DNA of 64,000 bases from Alphaproteobacteria bacterium (GCA_965237415.1 CBDEFM010000002.1:2528001-2592000); one strand, 5' to 3'. Shown: positions 51,070-62,368, counted from the first letter of the stretch. A program made the numbers and translations. Notes: generated from the letters alone by a model not told the origin.

Positions 51070-52452
51070 ATGCGGGCTAGGCTGCTCCGGACGTCCACGT
51101 TCCGGCTTTCGCTTCTCTACGTCGGCCTCTTCGGCGCCTCGGTCCTGGTGCTGCTCGCGTTCATCTACTGGACCACGGTGCGGGTCATCGACAGCCAGAC
51201 CAGCGACACAATCGAGGCCGAGGTTCGCGGTCTTGCCGAGCAATACCGGGCGCGGGGCATGGGCCAGTTGATCGCCGTGATCGAGGAGCGCAGCGGCCCC
51301 TACGGCGATCCGGACAGCGTCTACCTCCTTGCCGATCCCGCGCTCCGGCCGCTCGCCGGCAATCTCAGCGCCTGGCCGCGCGAGGCTGCCGGGGCCGAAG
51401 ACGGGTGGGTGGAGATCTCGGCCAGGCGCGCGAGCGGCGAGGAGGCGCACGGCACCATCCGCGCCCACACCTTCGTGCTGCCGGGCGGCTTCCGGCTGCT
51501 CGTCGGCCGCGACCCGCGCGGCCGGGCGGACTTCGAAGGGCTGATTCTGGAAACCCTCGGCTACGCGCTCGGAATCACGCTGGTTCTGGGTCTCCTCGGC
51601 GGCCTCGTCATGAGCCGGCGGATGCTGCGCCGGGTCGATGCCGTGCGTGAGACCGGCCAGCGCATCGTGCGGGGCGATCTCTCGCGGCGCATGCCGGTCA
51701 CGGGCGTCGGCGACGAATTCGATCGCCTCTCCATCACGGTCAACGAGATGCTGGATGAGATCGAGACGCTGATGACGGGCTTGCGCACGGTGACCGACAG
51801 CGTCGCGCACGATCTGCGCAGCCCGCTCACCCGGCTGAAGTCGCGGCTGGAGCTTGCGCTTCGCGAGGGGCCAGACGACGAACACGGCCACCGCGCCGCG
51901 CTCGAACGCGCGATCGCCGAGACCGACGGCATCCTGCGCACCTTCGCCACGCTGATGGAGATCGCCCGCGCCGAATCCGGCAAGGCCGGCATTGCCATGG
52001 TGCCTGTCGACCTCGGCGCCATCGTCGGCGACATGGTCGAGCTCTACGCCCCGCTCGCCGACGAGAAGGGGCTCGCCATCGAGGCCACGCTCGACGAGAC
52101 GGAGCCCGTGGCCGGCCACGCTCAATTCCTCTCCCAACTCGTCGCCAACCTGCTCGACAACGCGCTCGCCTACACGCCCGAAGGCCGGATCGGGGTGAGC
52201 CTCGAGTGTGAAGAGGCGGGCGCCGTTCGACTCATAGTGGAGGACTCGGGGCCGGGCATCCCGCCCGAGGAGCGGGAGCGTGTGCTGCAACGCTTTGTCC
52301 GCCTGGACGCAAGCCGCACCGGCGGCGGCACCGGCCTCGGGCTCAGCCTCGTCGCGGGCGTCGCCACCTTGCACCGGGCGTCGCTCGCGCTCGACGACGG
52401 TCCGTTGGGCGGCCTTCGTGTGACCGTGACCTTCCCACGGCCGGCCGCATAA
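51070..52452 (+). CDS. Sensor histidine kinase with HAMP domain
   Basis: Two TM helices; H-box AHDLRSPL; N-box NLLDNA; DSGPGI; GTGLGLSLV. Confidence 0.95.
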   Translation: MRARLLRTSTFRLSLLYVGLFGASVLVLLAFIYWTTVRVIDSQTSDTIEAEVRGLAEQYRARGMGQLIAVIEERSGPYGDPDSVYLLADPALRPLAGNLSAWPREAAGAEDGWVEISARRASGEEAHGTIRAHTFVLPGGFRLLVGRDPRGRADFEGLILETLGYALGITLVLGLLGGLVMSRRMLRRVDAVRETGQRIVRGDLSRRMPVTGVGDEFDRLSITVNEMLDEIETLMTGLRTVTDSVAHDLRSPLTRLKSRLELALREGPDDEHGHRAALERAIAETDGILRTFATLMEIARAESGKAGIAMVPVDLGAIVGDMVELYAPLADEKGLAIEATLDETEPVAGHAQFLSQLVANLLDNALAYTPEGRIGVSLECEEAGAVRLIVEDSGPGIPPEERERVLQRFVRLDASRTGGGTGLGLSLVAGVATLHRASLALDDGPLGGLRVTVTFPRPAA

Positions 52453-52474
52453 ACCGATCGCCCGAGGCCAGCGC

Positions 52475-52846
52475 TTACTCGCCCTGAAACCGCTGGCGGA
52501 GCGCCTCGACGCGCGCTCTGTTCACCCCCATGTCGCCGATACCGAAGCGCGAAGCCGAGCGGACATGGATCACGCCTTCCTCTGGGTGAACACGAAACTC
52601 GACATCGTCGGCGAAGCCGCGGCGTGTCCGGCAGACGGCGTGGAGATAGTCCTCTGTCGCTGTCACGATTTCGGTCCGCGGCAACTCTTCCACCAGGGCC
52701 TTCAACCGGACGAAGGCCGCCGCAGGGTCGCCTGAGACGGCGAAGGGCTCGATACGGTGACGGGCGGCCGCGTCGCCGCGGCTGCTTATGCAGTTGGGCC
52801 AGAACGGGCAGGGTGCGAGTTCTTCGGACATAACCGGCTGGACCAA
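52475..52846 (-). CDS. DUF1499-family protein
   Basis: LAPCP..PNCISS, FADDVEF, IHVRSASR.G.GDMGVNRARVE. Confidence 0.8.
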   Translation of the reverse strand: MVQPVMSEELAPCPFWPNCISSRGDAAARHRIEPFAVSGDPAAAFVRLKALVEELPRTEIVTATEDYLHAVCRTRRGFADDVEFRVHPEEGVIHVRSASRFGIGDMGVNRARVEALRQRFQGE

Positions 52847-52987
52847 GGCTCATTCCGCGCAGGCTCCGTTGAATTATGAAGAAGAATTAATCAAGCGTCC
52901 ATCGTGGTGACAGCTTGCCCTGTCATAGAGGGGCTGCGGCCTGCCATCGGCCGCTGCGCAACAACGGCAACGGCAAGTGAGGAAACG

Positions 52988-54511
52988 ATGAGCACGCTTT
53001 CACCGCAACGCAAACGGATGGTCATCGTCGCGGCTCTGGCGGGCCTCGGCATGATCGCTGTGGCCGGCGGCGGCCTGGCCACTTCGCTCAAGACGGCCAC
53101 GGCGATCACACCGCCGACGTCGGTCGATCACGTCCTGGCAACGCCCAGCCTCGCCGGCGTGGTGGAGGCGGTTAGCCCGGCGGTCGTCTCGATCGAGGTC
53201 ACCCACAAGGCCCGGCCCGCGTTGACCGCCCAGCAGTGGCGCGGCCCGCGCATGCCGGAGCACTTCAAGCGCTTCTTCGGCGAGGACTTCGCCGAGCGAT
53301 TCGGCTTCACGCCGGACATCGAGCCCGGCCCCATGGTACCGAGCGGGGGCATCGGCTCCGGCTTCATCGTCGACGCCGACGGCTACATCGTGACGAGCAA
53401 TCACGTAATCGCAAGCGCCGAGACCATGACCGTGGTTCTCGACGACGGCACCCGGCTCGATGCGGAGATCGTCGGTCAAGACGTGCGGACCGATCTTGCC
53501 CTGCTCAGGGTCGAGACCGACGAGCCCTTGCCGACCGTGCAATTCGCTGCCGAGGACGGCACCCGCGTCGGCGATTGGGTGGTCGCCATCGGCAATCCCT
53601 TCGGTATCGGCAAGACCGCGACCTTCGGCATCGTCTCCGCGCGCGGGCGCGGAACCGGCCCCAACCCCTACGAGGACTACTTGCAAATCGACGCGCCGAT
53701 CAATCGCGGCAATTCGGGTGGGCCTGCCGTCAATCTGCATGGCGAGGTCATCGGGGTGAACACGTCGATCGTCTCACCCACCGGCGGCAATGTGGGAATC
53801 GGCTTCGCAGTCCCCGCCGCCACGGCCAGGGTCGTCATCGACGACCTCAAGGCCCACGGCCGGGTCATGCGCGGATGGCTCGGTGTCCATATCCAGCCGG
53901 TCACCGAAGACATCGCGGCAAGCCTCGGGCTGGAGGACACGGAGGGCGCCATCATCGCCCGCGTGCAGCCGGAGAGCCCGGCGGCGGTCGCAGGGCTAGA
54001 GTCCGGCGATGTCATCGTCGCCGTGGATCAGGTGCCGATCGAAGACGCGCGAGCGCTGTCGCGCATGATCTCCACCATCGACGCCGGGGCCGCCGCCACG
54101 CTCACCGTCTGGCGCGACGGCCAGGCCATGGAGATCACGGCGGCGATCGCCAACGCAACGCCGCCCGTCGAGCCCAGCGCGGAGATGACCGGCGCGGATG
54201 AGGCCGGCCGCCTCGACACCTTCGGCCTTCGCCTTGCGAATGTCGATTCGGAGGCTGGCGACGGCACGGCGATGGACGGCGGCTCAGGCGCCGTGGTGGT
54301 TGCCGAAGTGGCGCCCGGGAGCGCCGCTCATCGCAAGGGGCTTCGCCCCGGCGACGTGATCGTCACCGTGGGCAACGAGCCCGTCGGATCGGTGGCGGAC
54401 GTGAACGAGCGTATCGAGGCCGCTCAGGGCGACGGGCGCGAGGCCGTGCTGCTCTTGATGAGCCGTGACGGGCGCGAGCACTTCGTCGCTCTTCCCTTCG
54501 CCACGTCGTGA
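52988..54511 (+). CDS. DegP/DegQ (HtrA) serine protease with two PDZ domains
   Basis: GSGFI, TSNHV, DLALL, QIDAPINRGNSGGP, RGWLGV. Confidence 0.93.
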   Translation: MSTLSPQRKRMVIVAALAGLGMIAVAGGGLATSLKTATAITPPTSVDHVLATPSLAGVVEAVSPAVVSIEVTHKARPALTAQQWRGPRMPEHFKRFFGEDFAERFGFTPDIEPGPMVPSGGIGSGFIVDADGYIVTSNHVIASAETMTVVLDDGTRLDAEIVGQDVRTDLALLRVETDEPLPTVQFAAEDGTRVGDWVVAIGNPFGIGKTATFGIVSARGRGTGPNPYEDYLQIDAPINRGNSGGPAVNLHGEVIGVNTSIVSPTGGNVGIGFAVPAATARVVIDDLKAHGRVMRGWLGVHIQPVTEDIAASLGLEDTEGAIIARVQPESPAAVAGLESGDVIVAVDQVPIEDARALSRMISTIDAGAAATLTVWRDGQAMEITAAIANATPPVEPSAEMTGADEAGRLDTFGLRLANVDSEAGDGTAMDGGSGAVVVAEVAPGSAAHRKGLRPGDVIVTVGNEPVGSVADVNERIEAAQGDGREAVLLLMSRDGREHFVALPFATS

Positions 54512-54519
54512 AGGCGGGC

Positions 54520-54553
54520 GGGGCCGGCGTTCCTGACCGGGGGCGCCGGCCCC
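54520..54553. terminator. GC-rich hairpin between convergent genes (possible bidirectional terminator)
   Basis: GGGGCCGGCGTTCC-loop-GGGGCGCCGGCCCC; no clear U-tract. Confidence 0.45.
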
Positions 54554-57500
54554 TACTCTTCGAGCGACTTCAGCAGATCGTCGACGAGGTCTTGGAGGTC
54601 CTCGTCCTTGTCGCGCTCAGGTGCTGGCAGGGGCTCGGGCACAGGCTCCTCGGGCGCGGGCGCCTCGGTCGGGGGCGCTGCTTCGCGCTCCTCCTCCCCG
54701 CCAGTCTCTAGCGGCTCCTCGACCTCTTCCCTCTGCTCGACGCCTGCCGCCTCTTCCGGCTGACGCGCCTCGACGGGCTCCGTCGCCACCGCCGCATCGC
54801 CCGAGCCATCGCCCGGCGACGCCGCGGCATCCCCCGCTCCGTCCTCTTCTTGGGCGTCCACCGCTTCACTCGGTTCGCCCGCTCCCGCGCGTTCTTCCGG
54901 CTCGTCGGGCTCTTCCGCTGTCTCGGCGTCCTCGGCCTTGTCCGGATCGCCGAGCACGTTTCTGAGCAGGGTGTCCATCTCGGTTCCGGGCTCCGCCTTG
55001 GCACCCTTGCGCAGCGTGATCTTGGGCATGCCGGGCGCGCCGGCGAGCGAGAGCAGCCCGAGCTTGACCAGGTGGGCCTGCATGTCCGCGATCAAAAGGC
55101 GGCGCTCCGGCCGATCGATCGGCCCCTCGAACCGTATGCCGACAGGCGGGGCATCCGCGTGCTCGGTGAGGCGGAACAGCGCCGTGAGGTCTAGCTGCCA
55201 CGCGGGGAGATCGGCGGTACCGCTGATTTCGCCGACGCCCCCCTCGGCGACGACCTCGAAGCCGTCGATGCGTGCCTGGCCGTCCTGTACCCGCACGGTG
55301 CCGTCGAGGGAGCGGATTGCCGTTCGCCCGCTGGATAGGCTTTGCTCGGTCCCATCGACGAAGCTCGCGATGTCTTCGAGCGCATCGACCTTGGAGAGCG
55401 CGTCGATCTGGCGGCTGATCGCCGGCACGTCCACGCCCTCGACGGCGCCCTCGCTGGCGGCAAGCGCGACGCGGCCGGAGAGGCTCTGCATCATCTCGCG
55501 GGCCGTCTGCCCGCGCAGGGTGAAATACCCGTCGACCTCGGCGCGGCCAGAGACCGCATCGACGCCTGCAATCTCGCGCAGGATGGCGCCCAATTCCGCA
55601 TCGGTGAGCCGGAATGCCGCCTGCCCCGCCGGCACCGGTCCGCCGGCGAGGCTGCCGTCGGCCTTCAGCGCCCCGTCGAAAAGCCGGCCGGTAAGCGAAC
55701 GCAGCGTCAGCGTCCCCTCGGCTACGGCCAGATCGACGTCGGCCTGTTCGATGCGGTAGGCGCCGAGAAGGAGGGCCTCGGCGTCGAGCGCGAGTGTTCC
55801 GGAGAGCCGATCGAGGACCGTGAGGTCGATCGTTTCGTCGGACCAGCGCGCGGGCTGCGGTGCAGCGCCCTCGGTGCCGGTGCCCGCAAGGTCGACACTT
55901 ACCGATGGTGTCCCGCCGGCCTCCGTCTCGCCCGTCGCGGCAAGACCGCCGCCCAACCATGCGAGGTCGAGCACGCCGCCATGAAGGTCGGCGCTGAACC
56001 CCGGCGGCTCCTGATCCAGGCGGAGGAAGACCCCGCCGGTCAGCGTGCTGTCGCCGATCATGGCGTCGATGTCGGCGAAGCTTGCCACAGTCCGGTCGCC
56101 GGATACCTTCCCGGCGAGGCGCAGCGCGCCGAGGGCAACATCCGCCGGCGCGTCGCCGACCAGGGTTTCGACCAGGGCCTCGCCGCGCGGATGGGCGAGA
56201 TCGACATCGACGCTGTAGCTGGGAGAAGCGAGCGGATCCGTGACCTTGCCAGCGACCTGAAGCGTCGCGCCGGCGGTCTCGGCGCTCATGTTGATCGCGA
56301 CGGAGTCGAGATCGCCGCCGATCCCGCCCTCCATCGTCAGCGCGCCGAGCCGCGTGACGATAGGCGGTGGCGTGAGCCCGACGCTGCGGGCGAGCGAGGC
56401 GGCATCCGGTGCCTGCAGGCTGAAGGCGAGCGCCGCGGCGGGCGCGCCGAAGGGTTGCTCGACGGTACCTGCCAGCGACGCCTGGGCCGCGCCAGCAGCG
56501 AGAGCGAGATCGATCGACAGTGCTTCCTCATCGCCCGCGAGCGCACCATTCAGCGTGACCTTGCCGAACGCCTCGGCGCGAATGTCGGGATCGATGTCGA
56601 GGAGCGCGAGGACACCGTCGAGCGAATCAGCCGCAGCTTCGACCGCGAGATCGAAACTTGGCGCCGTCCCGACCGTGCGCCCGGTGCCTGACAACAGGAT
56701 GCTGGCGCCCGCTGCGTCCGCGACCGACGCCCGCCGCAGGGTCAGGTCGCCCTGGTCGAGGGCCGCGTCGAATTCCAGCCCGGCCAGGCGCACTCCCCCG
56801 TAGGTAAGCGCATCGATCTTGAGCGCGACGTCGGCGTCGATCTCGTCGAGCACCGGCCATGCTCCACCCCCCACGCTATCCCCCGCGCGGCCCGGCGTTG
56901 GCTGTGCCGCCTCCTGCGGCGCTGCGTCCGCATCGCCTGTCGCACGTGACGGCGCCGGGCCTGCATCGAGCAGGTAAGCGTCGACATTCACAGCGTCGAC
57001 AGCGAGGTCGGCGGCGATCTGCGGCCGCTCGCTCGTCTCGATGGACACGTTGCCGGCGATCCGCGTGGTATCGATCCTGATGTCGAGATTGGATGCCGAC
57101 AGCCGATCGCCGTTGGCAGAGAGATCGGCACTCGCGCTGAGGTGTCGGAGCCGATCCGCCGGGACTGCCCCCACATCTACGCCAAGCCAGGAGAGGGTGG
57201 CGCGCAGGTCCTCGGTCGCGATCTCGCCGACACCCTCCATCCACTGGCCGTTGCCGTTGGCGGTCAGCCGGCCGGCGAGGTCGACGTCCGCGCCTCCGGG
57301 CAACAGCGCCGACGTTTGCCGGATCGTGACCACGCCGTTCTCGAGCGCAAGACGCGCCCTGGCCTTACGGATGACGCCCTTGCGCCAGGTGACCGCACCG
57401 ATCGTAAGGTCTAGAGCGGCATCGATCTTCGTGGGAATTTCGTGCCGGATGTCGTCTGTGATCGATTGCGGCGTGGCCAGAGCCACTGCATTGCTCGACT

Positions 57501-58608
57501 GCCCGGCACCGTCCGAGCCCGCCGCCTCCGCAGTCTGCGGTTCGCTGCCAGAGCCTGCCGATCCCGCGGGCTTGGGTTTGCCGTCATCCGGCAGGAAGCG
57601 ATCGAGGTCGATGCGGTTGAGGTCGATCTCGGCCGCTAACCGCGGCACCTCGCCATCCTGCCAAGAGAGCGTGCCGTTCGCCTGGCTCTCGCCCAGTCGA
57701 ACCTGAAGCTCGCGTGCGGCGATGGTATCCGCGTGCACGCTGAATTCGCCCTTGGCAGAGAATTCTCTACCCAGCGGCTCGGCGGGCAGCGACCCGAGAT
57801 CCACGGCGAGCGCATTCAGGAGAGCGCCGAAGTCGGACGCCTCGGCCCGCACGCTGCCGTCGAACGCAGGCATCCCGTCGATGCCTTTGAGGATGCCCTC
57901 GAACAGCGCGCTGCCCCGCTCACCGCCGAAGGTCGCTTCGAACGAGACCGGCAGAGTGCGGTCTTCGCCGACCGTGCCCGTCGCGAGCCGAAACTTGATC
58001 GCCCGGCCGCGCACGGCGAGATTGCCCTCCCCGCGGAAGGGACCGTCGAGGGAGCGGGCAGAGATCGCCGCGTCGATCCTGTCTATTCGCGCCGGGGGCT
58101 CATCGTGCGCATGGCGATAGACGATCGTACCGTTCGTTATGGTCGCAGAGTCGATCCTGGTCAGCCCGAGGTCGGCTGCCTCCGGTTCGCCATTGGCAGA
58201 GGTCTCCACCGTCGGGTCGGTCTCAGGCTCGAAGAGCCAGTTGGGACGGCCGTCGGCGAGGCGCTGGAGCTCGATCACGGGCTCCACCATCTCGAGACTG
58301 GTGACGGCGATCTTGCCGCCGAGGAGCGGCCCCAGCGCAAGCGTGAGATCGAGCGAGGCGATCCGCGCCATGTCGGGGGCGACCGCGCCCGGCGCGTTGG
58401 CGATGCGAAGGTCGGCGGCCTTGATTGTGGGCGTCGGCAGGATGGAGACCGCGAGCGGGCCGTCGATCGCAATCTCACGACCGGTGATGGCCTCCAGGCG
58501 CTCCGTGATCTCGGGCTTGAACCGCTCCCAATCGAGAACCGACGGCACGATGAAGAGGGCAGCGACGACGAGGACCAGAAGGACGAGTAAAGCGTAAACG
58601 AATTTCAC
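54553..58608 (-). CDS. Large AsmA-family protein with acidic C-terminal tail
   Basis: N-terminal TM anchor, DWERFKPEI...TGREIAIDG AsmA N-terminus, repeated beta-rich segments. Confidence 0.85.
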   Translation of the reverse strand: MKFVYALLVLLVLVVAALFIVPSVLDWERFKPEITERLEAITGREIAIDGPLAVSILPTPTIKAADLRIANAPGAVAPDMARIASLDLTLALGPLLGGKIAVTSLEMVEPVIELQRLADGRPNWLFEPETDPTVETSANGEPEAADLGLTRIDSATITNGTIVYRHAHDEPPARIDRIDAAISARSLDGPFRGEGNLAVRGRAIKFRLATGTVGEDRTLPVSFEATFGGERGSALFEGILKGIDGMPAFDGSVRAEASDFGALLNALAVDLGSLPAEPLGREFSAKGEFSVHADTIAARELQVRLGESQANGTLSWQDGEVPRLAAEIDLNRIDLDRFLPDDGKPKPAGSAGSGSEPQTAEAAGSDGAGQSSNAVALATPQSITDDIRHEIPTKIDAALDLTIGAVTWRKGVIRKARARLALENGVVTIRQTSALLPGGADVDLAGRLTANGNGQWMEGVGEIATEDLRATLSWLGVDVGAVPADRLRHLSASADLSANGDRLSASNLDIRIDTTRIAGNVSIETSERPQIAADLAVDAVNVDAYLLDAGPAPSRATGDADAAPQEAAQPTPGRAGDSVGGGAWPVLDEIDADVALKIDALTYGGVRLAGLEFDAALDQGDLTLRRASVADAAGASILLSGTGRTVGTAPSFDLAVEAAADSLDGVLALLDIDPDIRAEAFGKVTLNGALAGDEEALSIDLALAAGAAQASLAGTVEQPFGAPAAALAFSLQAPDAASLARSVGLTPPPIVTRLGALTMEGGIGGDLDSVAINMSAETAGATLQVAGKVTDPLASPSYSVDVDLAHPRGEALVETLVGDAPADVALGALRLAGKVSGDRTVASFADIDAMIGDSTLTGGVFLRLDQEPPGFSADLHGGVLDLAWLGGGLAATGETEAGGTPSVSVDLAGTGTEGAAPQPARWSDETIDLTVLDRLSGTLALDAEALLLGAYRIEQADVDLAVAEGTLTLRSLTGRLFDGALKADGSLAGGPVPAGQAAFRLTDAELGAILREIAGVDAVSGRAEVDGYFTLRGQTAREMMQSLSGRVALAASEGAVEGVDVPAISRQIDALSKVDALEDIASFVDGTEQSLSSGRTAIRSLDGTVRVQDGQARIDGFEVVAEGGVGEISGTADLPAWQLDLTALFRLTEHADAPPVGIRFEGPIDRPERRLLIADMQAHLVKLGLLSLAGAPGMPKITLRKGAKAEPGTEMDTLLRNVLGDPDKAEDAETAEEPDEPEERAGAGEPSEAVDAQEEDGAGDAAASPGDGSGDAAVATEPVEARQPEEAAGVEQREEVEEPLETGGEEEREAAPPTEAPAPEEPVPEPLPAPERDKDEDLQDLVDDLLKSLEE

Positions 58609-58792
58609 TGTTGGCCATGCCTCGGGGCGGGGTAGCCTGGCGCTTTGCCCAAACGGCGGCTCCCCGGTCGACTCCGGTTAACAGCCCGATTCATTTCGTC
58701 TAGGCTTGCCTCTCAATCGGACGAGTCAGATCGGATGGGAGACCCCGCATTTCTTAGACCACGTTTGCCGGCGTATCGAAAGGCCTTTGGTC

Positions 58793-59017
58793 ATGGGCGA
58801 TGTCGTCAACCTTAACCAGTTTCGGAAGAAGCGCGATCGGGCCGCGAAAGCGCAGAAAGGCGCGGCGAACCGTGCGCGATCGGGGCGTAGCAAGGCGGAG
58901 AGGCAGGTGACGCAAGTCGAGGCGGCGCGCGGCGACGGCACGCTGGACGGCAAGCGTATCGATCATGAGCCCGAAGAGCCCGAGGGCAGCAGCAGGCTGG
59001 ACCCAAAGGGCGACTGA
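58793..59017 (+). CDS. DUF4169-family protein
   Basis: MGDVVNLNQFRKKR...AANRARSGRSKAE...LDGKR. Confidence 0.8.
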   Translation: MGDVVNLNQFRKKRDRAAKAQKGAANRARSGRSKAERQVTQVEAARGDGTLDGKRIDHEPEEPEGSSRLDPKGD

Positions 59018-59055
59018 GCGGCGCATCGGGATATATCCAGGCAGTGCCAGACAGA

Positions 59056-59562
59056 ATGAGACGAGGGAGCGTCGTGGCGGCGGGGCTGATCGGGGCGGTG
59101 CTCGCGCTCGCCGCGCCGGGAGCACAAGCCGGCTGCGCCGATACGCCGCAGCCGGGTGTCGATTGGCGGCGTTGTCTTCTCGACAATCGGAACTTCGTCG
59201 ACGTTGACCTCGCCGGCGCCACGCTGCGCGATGGGTTCTTTGCGCGCTCGGACCTCACGCGGGCCGACTTCTCCGCGGTTGACGCCCGGCGCGCCAAGTT
59301 CACCGATTCCGTCCTGGTGGAGACGCGCTGGGCCGGCGCGCGCCTGATCGGCACGGACTTCACCAAATCGGACCTGGCCGGCGCCTCGTTCGAAGGCGCC
59401 GATCTCAGGCGCGCCCGTTTCTTCCGCGCCAATCTTCGCGGTGCCGACTTCACCGGCGCCCGGCTCGACGCGACCGATTTCCTCAAGGCGGATCTCAGCG
59501 GCGCGATCTGGATCGACGGCAACAAGGTGTGCGCGGAGGGTTCCAACGGCCAATGCAATTGA
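59056..59562 (+). CDS. Exported pentapeptide-repeat protein
   Basis: Signal peptide; A(D/N)LxG-type pentapeptide repeats; terminal Cys pairs. Confidence 0.85.
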   Translation: MRRGSVVAAGLIGAVLALAAPGAQAGCADTPQPGVDWRRCLLDNRNFVDVDLAGATLRDGFFARSDLTRADFSAVDARRAKFTDSVLVETRWAGARLIGTDFTKSDLAGASFEGADLRRARFFRANLRGADFTGARLDATDFLKADLSGAIWIDGNKVCAEGSNGQCN

Positions 59563-60248
59563 CCGAAGGCGCTCGGAGCGCGCCTTCGGGCGCCGACCTC
59601 GCGCACATAGACACGTGGATATTCGACCTCGACAACACCCTCTATCCGTCGAGCTCGCGCCTCTTCGACCAGGTGAGCCATCGCATCGGCGCCTTTATCG
59701 CCACTGCGCTCGACGTCGACCACGTTGAGGCCAAGCGGCTGCAAAAGAGCTACTTCCGCAAATACGGCACCACGTTGCGCGGCCTCATGCTCAAGCACGG
59801 CATGGACCCCGCGCCCTTTCTCGAATTCGTGCACGACATCGATCTCTCGCCCATCGCGCAGAGCGATGCCCTGGAGGCGGCGCTCGGCCGGCTGCCCGGC
59901 CGCAAGCTGGTCTTCACGAACGCCGATGCGCCCTATGCCGAGCGGGTGATGGCGCGGCTCGGAATCGGCCACCATTTCAGCGAGATCTACGATATCGAGG
60001 CGGCCGACTGGGTGCCGAAGCCCTTTCCCCAAGCCTACGAGCGGCTCGCGGACGTGCACGATGTCGAGCCCAAGAGCGCCATCCTGTTCGAGGATATCCT
60101 GCGCAACCTGGTGCCCGCTGCTGCGCTCGGCATGGCGACCGTATGGGTGCGCAACGACAGTGACTGGGCGTCGTCCGGCGCCGAAGAGATCACGCCAGAC
60201 TATGTGACCGACGATCTTGCCGTCTGGCTCGCCGCGCTCCCGGCGTAG
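59553..60248 (+). CDS. Pyrimidine 5'-nucleotidase (HAD family)
   Basis: [34 protein letters not shown]. Confidence 0.9.
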   Translation: MQLTEGARSAPSGADLAHIDTWIFDLDNTLYPSSSRLFDQVSHRIGAFIATALDVDHVEAKRLQKSYFRKYGTTLRGLMLKHGMDPAPFLEFVHDIDLSPIAQSDALEAALGRLPGRKLVFTNADAPYAERVMARLGIGHHFSEIYDIEAADWVPKPFPQAYERLADVHDVEPKSAILFEDILRNLVPAAALGMATVWVRNDSDWASSGAEEITPDYVTDDLAVWLAALPA

Positions 60249-60298
60249 CCGGCGGAAGACGGCACCCGCGGTCGCAGTGGAGAGCAAGGGAGAGACCG

Positions 60299-61144
60299 GT
60301 GAGGACAGGAGACCTGGACCGCGCGGTGGAAGCCGCCTGGGAGGCGCGCGACACGCTTTCGCCCGCGAGCGGCGGTGCCGCCGCAGACGCGGTGGAGGCT
60401 GCGCTCTCCCTGCTCGATTCCGGCGAGGCGCGCGTTGCGGAGAAGCAGGGCGACGCCTGGATCGTCAACCAATGGCTCAAGAAGGCGGTGCTGCTCTCCT
60501 TCCGGCTCAACGACATGGCGACAATCCCGGGCGGGCCGGGGGGCGATACGCCCTGGTACGACAAGGTGCCGTCCAAGTTCGCAGGCTGGGACGAGGCGCG
60601 CTTCCAGGATGCGGGCTTCCGCGCCGTGCCCGGCGCCATCGTGCGGCGCTCGGCCTACGTCGCGCCCGGTGTGGTATTGATGCCCTCCTTCGTGAACATC
60701 GGCGCTTATGTCGATAGCGGCACCATGATCGACACCTGGGCCACGGTGGGGAGCTGCGCGCAGATCGGCAAAAACTGCCACATCTCCGGCGGTGCCGGAA
60801 TCGGCGGTGTGCTGGAGCCGCTCCAGGCGAACCCGGTGATCATCGAGGACGACTGCTTCGTCGGCGCGCGCAGCGAGGTGGCCGAAGGCGTCATCGTCGA
60901 GCAGGGCGCGGTGCTGGCGATGGGTGTCTATGTCGGCGCCTCGACCCGGGTGGTCGATCGCGAGACCGGCGAAGTCCATCGCGGGCGCATTCCGTCGTAT
61001 TCGGTCGTGGTGCCGGGCTCGCTTCCGGGCAAGCCGCTTCCGGACGGATCGCCGGGCCCCGGCCTCTATTGCGCGGTGATCGTCAAGCGGGTGGATGCGG
61101 GCACGCGGGCCAAGACCTCGATCAACCAGCTGCTCCGCAATTGA
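60299..61144 (+). CDS. dapD: Tetrahydrodipicolinate N-succinyltransferase
   Basis: [49 protein letters not shown]. Confidence 0.95.
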   Translation: MRTGDLDRAVEAAWEARDTLSPASGGAAADAVEAALSLLDSGEARVAEKQGDAWIVNQWLKKAVLLSFRLNDMATIPGGPGGDTPWYDKVPSKFAGWDEARFQDAGFRAVPGAIVRRSAYVAPGVVLMPSFVNIGAYVDSGTMIDTWATVGSCAQIGKNCHISGGAGIGGVLEPLQANPVIIEDDCFVGARSEVAEGVIVEQGAVLAMGVYVGASTRVVDRETGEVHRGRIPSYSVVVPGSLPGKPLPDGSPGPGLYCAVIVKRVDAGTRAKTSINQLLRN

Positions 61145-62325
61145 GTGAAGAGAGCCGGGAGGGCCAGGCGAGCGTTGAAGCGCTCGCGCATCCACTGGCG
61201 CTTGCCCGGGCGCTGATCCGCTGCGAGAGCGTGACACCGGCGGACGGCGGCGCCTTGGATGTGCTGCAACGCGCTCTCCAGACGCTAGGCTTCACCTGCC
61301 ACCGCCTGCCGTTCGAGGAGCCGGGAACCGCACCTGTCGACAACCTCTACGCGAGGCGCGGCAAGGGCCGGCCCAACTTCTGCTTCGCCGGCCATACCGA
61401 CGTGGTGCCGACGGGCGACCGTGCGGTCTGGACCCGCGAGCCCTTTGCCGCCGAGGTGGAGGACGGCGTCCTCTACGGGCGCGGTGCCTCAGACATGAAG
61501 GGGGCCATCGCCGCCTTCGTCGCTGCCGCAGCCCGCTTCGGCGCGGCCGGAGCCGGCGGCGGCTCCATCAGCCTGCTGATCACCGGTGACGAGGAAGGGC
61601 CGGCGGTCAACGGCACGCGCAAGGTGCTGGACTGGCTCGCGGAGCGTGGCGAGACGCTCGACGCCTGCCTCGTCGGCGAGCCGACCAACCCCGAAGAGCT
61701 CGGCGAGATGGTGAAGATCGGCCGGCGCGGCAGCCTCAACGGCACGCTCCGGGTCGCGGGCCGGCAGGGGCACGTCGCTTATCCGGCGCTGGCGGACAAC
61801 CCGCTGCCCCGTCTCGTCGCGCTGCTGAATGCGCTGCTCGCCCTCAAGCTGGACGAGGGAACCGACCTTTTTCAGCCGAGCCGGCTGGAGCTCACCTCGA
61901 TCGACGTCGGCAACGAGGCCACGAACGTCATTCCCGGCGCAGCAGCGGCGCGCTTCAATGTCCGCTTCAACGACCGGCACACCGGCGCGAGCCTCGAGCG
62001 CATCATCCGTGCGTGCCTCGATACGACCGGCGAGCCTTACGACCTGGCGATCGAGATCTCTGGCGAGGCCTTCGTCACCCCGCCGGGTCGGCTCAGCACC
62101 ATCATCGCCGAGTCCGTCGCCGCCGTGACGGGCAGGACGCCCACCCTCAGCACCACCGGCGGCACCTCGGACGCGCGCTTCATCAAGGACCACTGCCCCG
62201 TCGCCGAGTTCGGGCTTCTCAGCCGGACCATGCACCGGACCGACGAGTGTGTGCCCGTGGAGGCGCTGGAGCAGCTTACGGATATCTATCTCGGCGTCCT
62301 GCAGCGCTATTTCGCGGATTCTTGA
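61141..62325 (+). CDS. dapE: Succinyl-diaminopimelate desuccinylase
   Basis: [46 protein letters not shown]; follows dapD; start approximate. Confidence 0.93.
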   Translation: MSEESREGQASVEALAHPLALARALIRCESVTPADGGALDVLQRALQTLGFTCHRLPFEEPGTAPVDNLYARRGKGRPNFCFAGHTDVVPTGDRAVWTREPFAAEVEDGVLYGRGASDMKGAIAAFVAAAARFGAAGAGGGSISLLITGDEEGPAVNGTRKVLDWLAERGETLDACLVGEPTNPEELGEMVKIGRRGSLNGTLRVAGRQGHVAYPALADNPLPRLVALLNALLALKLDEGTDLFQPSRLELTSIDVGNEATNVIPGAAAARFNVRFNDRHTGASLERIIRACLDTTGEPYDLAIEISGEAFVTPPGRLSTIIAESVAAVTGRTPTLSTTGGTSDARFIKDHCPVAEFGLLSRTMHRTDECVPVEALEQLTDIYLGVLQRYFADS

Positions 62326-62334
62326 CTCGCTGGC

Positions 62335-62361
62335 TTGACACGACGACAGTATGGCCATACT
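62335..62361 (+). promoter_or_regulatory. Candidate sigma70 promoter with palindromic operator for the TA operon
   Basis: TTGACA at 62335-62340; perfect palindrome AGTATGGCCATACT at 62348-62361 containing a -10-like CATACT (spacer is short, 15 nt). Confidence 0.5.
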
Positions 62362-62368
62362 TAGAGAT

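Noticed and set aside
52868-52897. AT-rich GAATTA direct repeat upstream of the HtrA protease gene as a site for the nearby response regulator
   Set aside because: There are only two 6-mers, 13 bp apart, which is off the usual 10-11 bp OmpR-type spacing. This is too weak to report.
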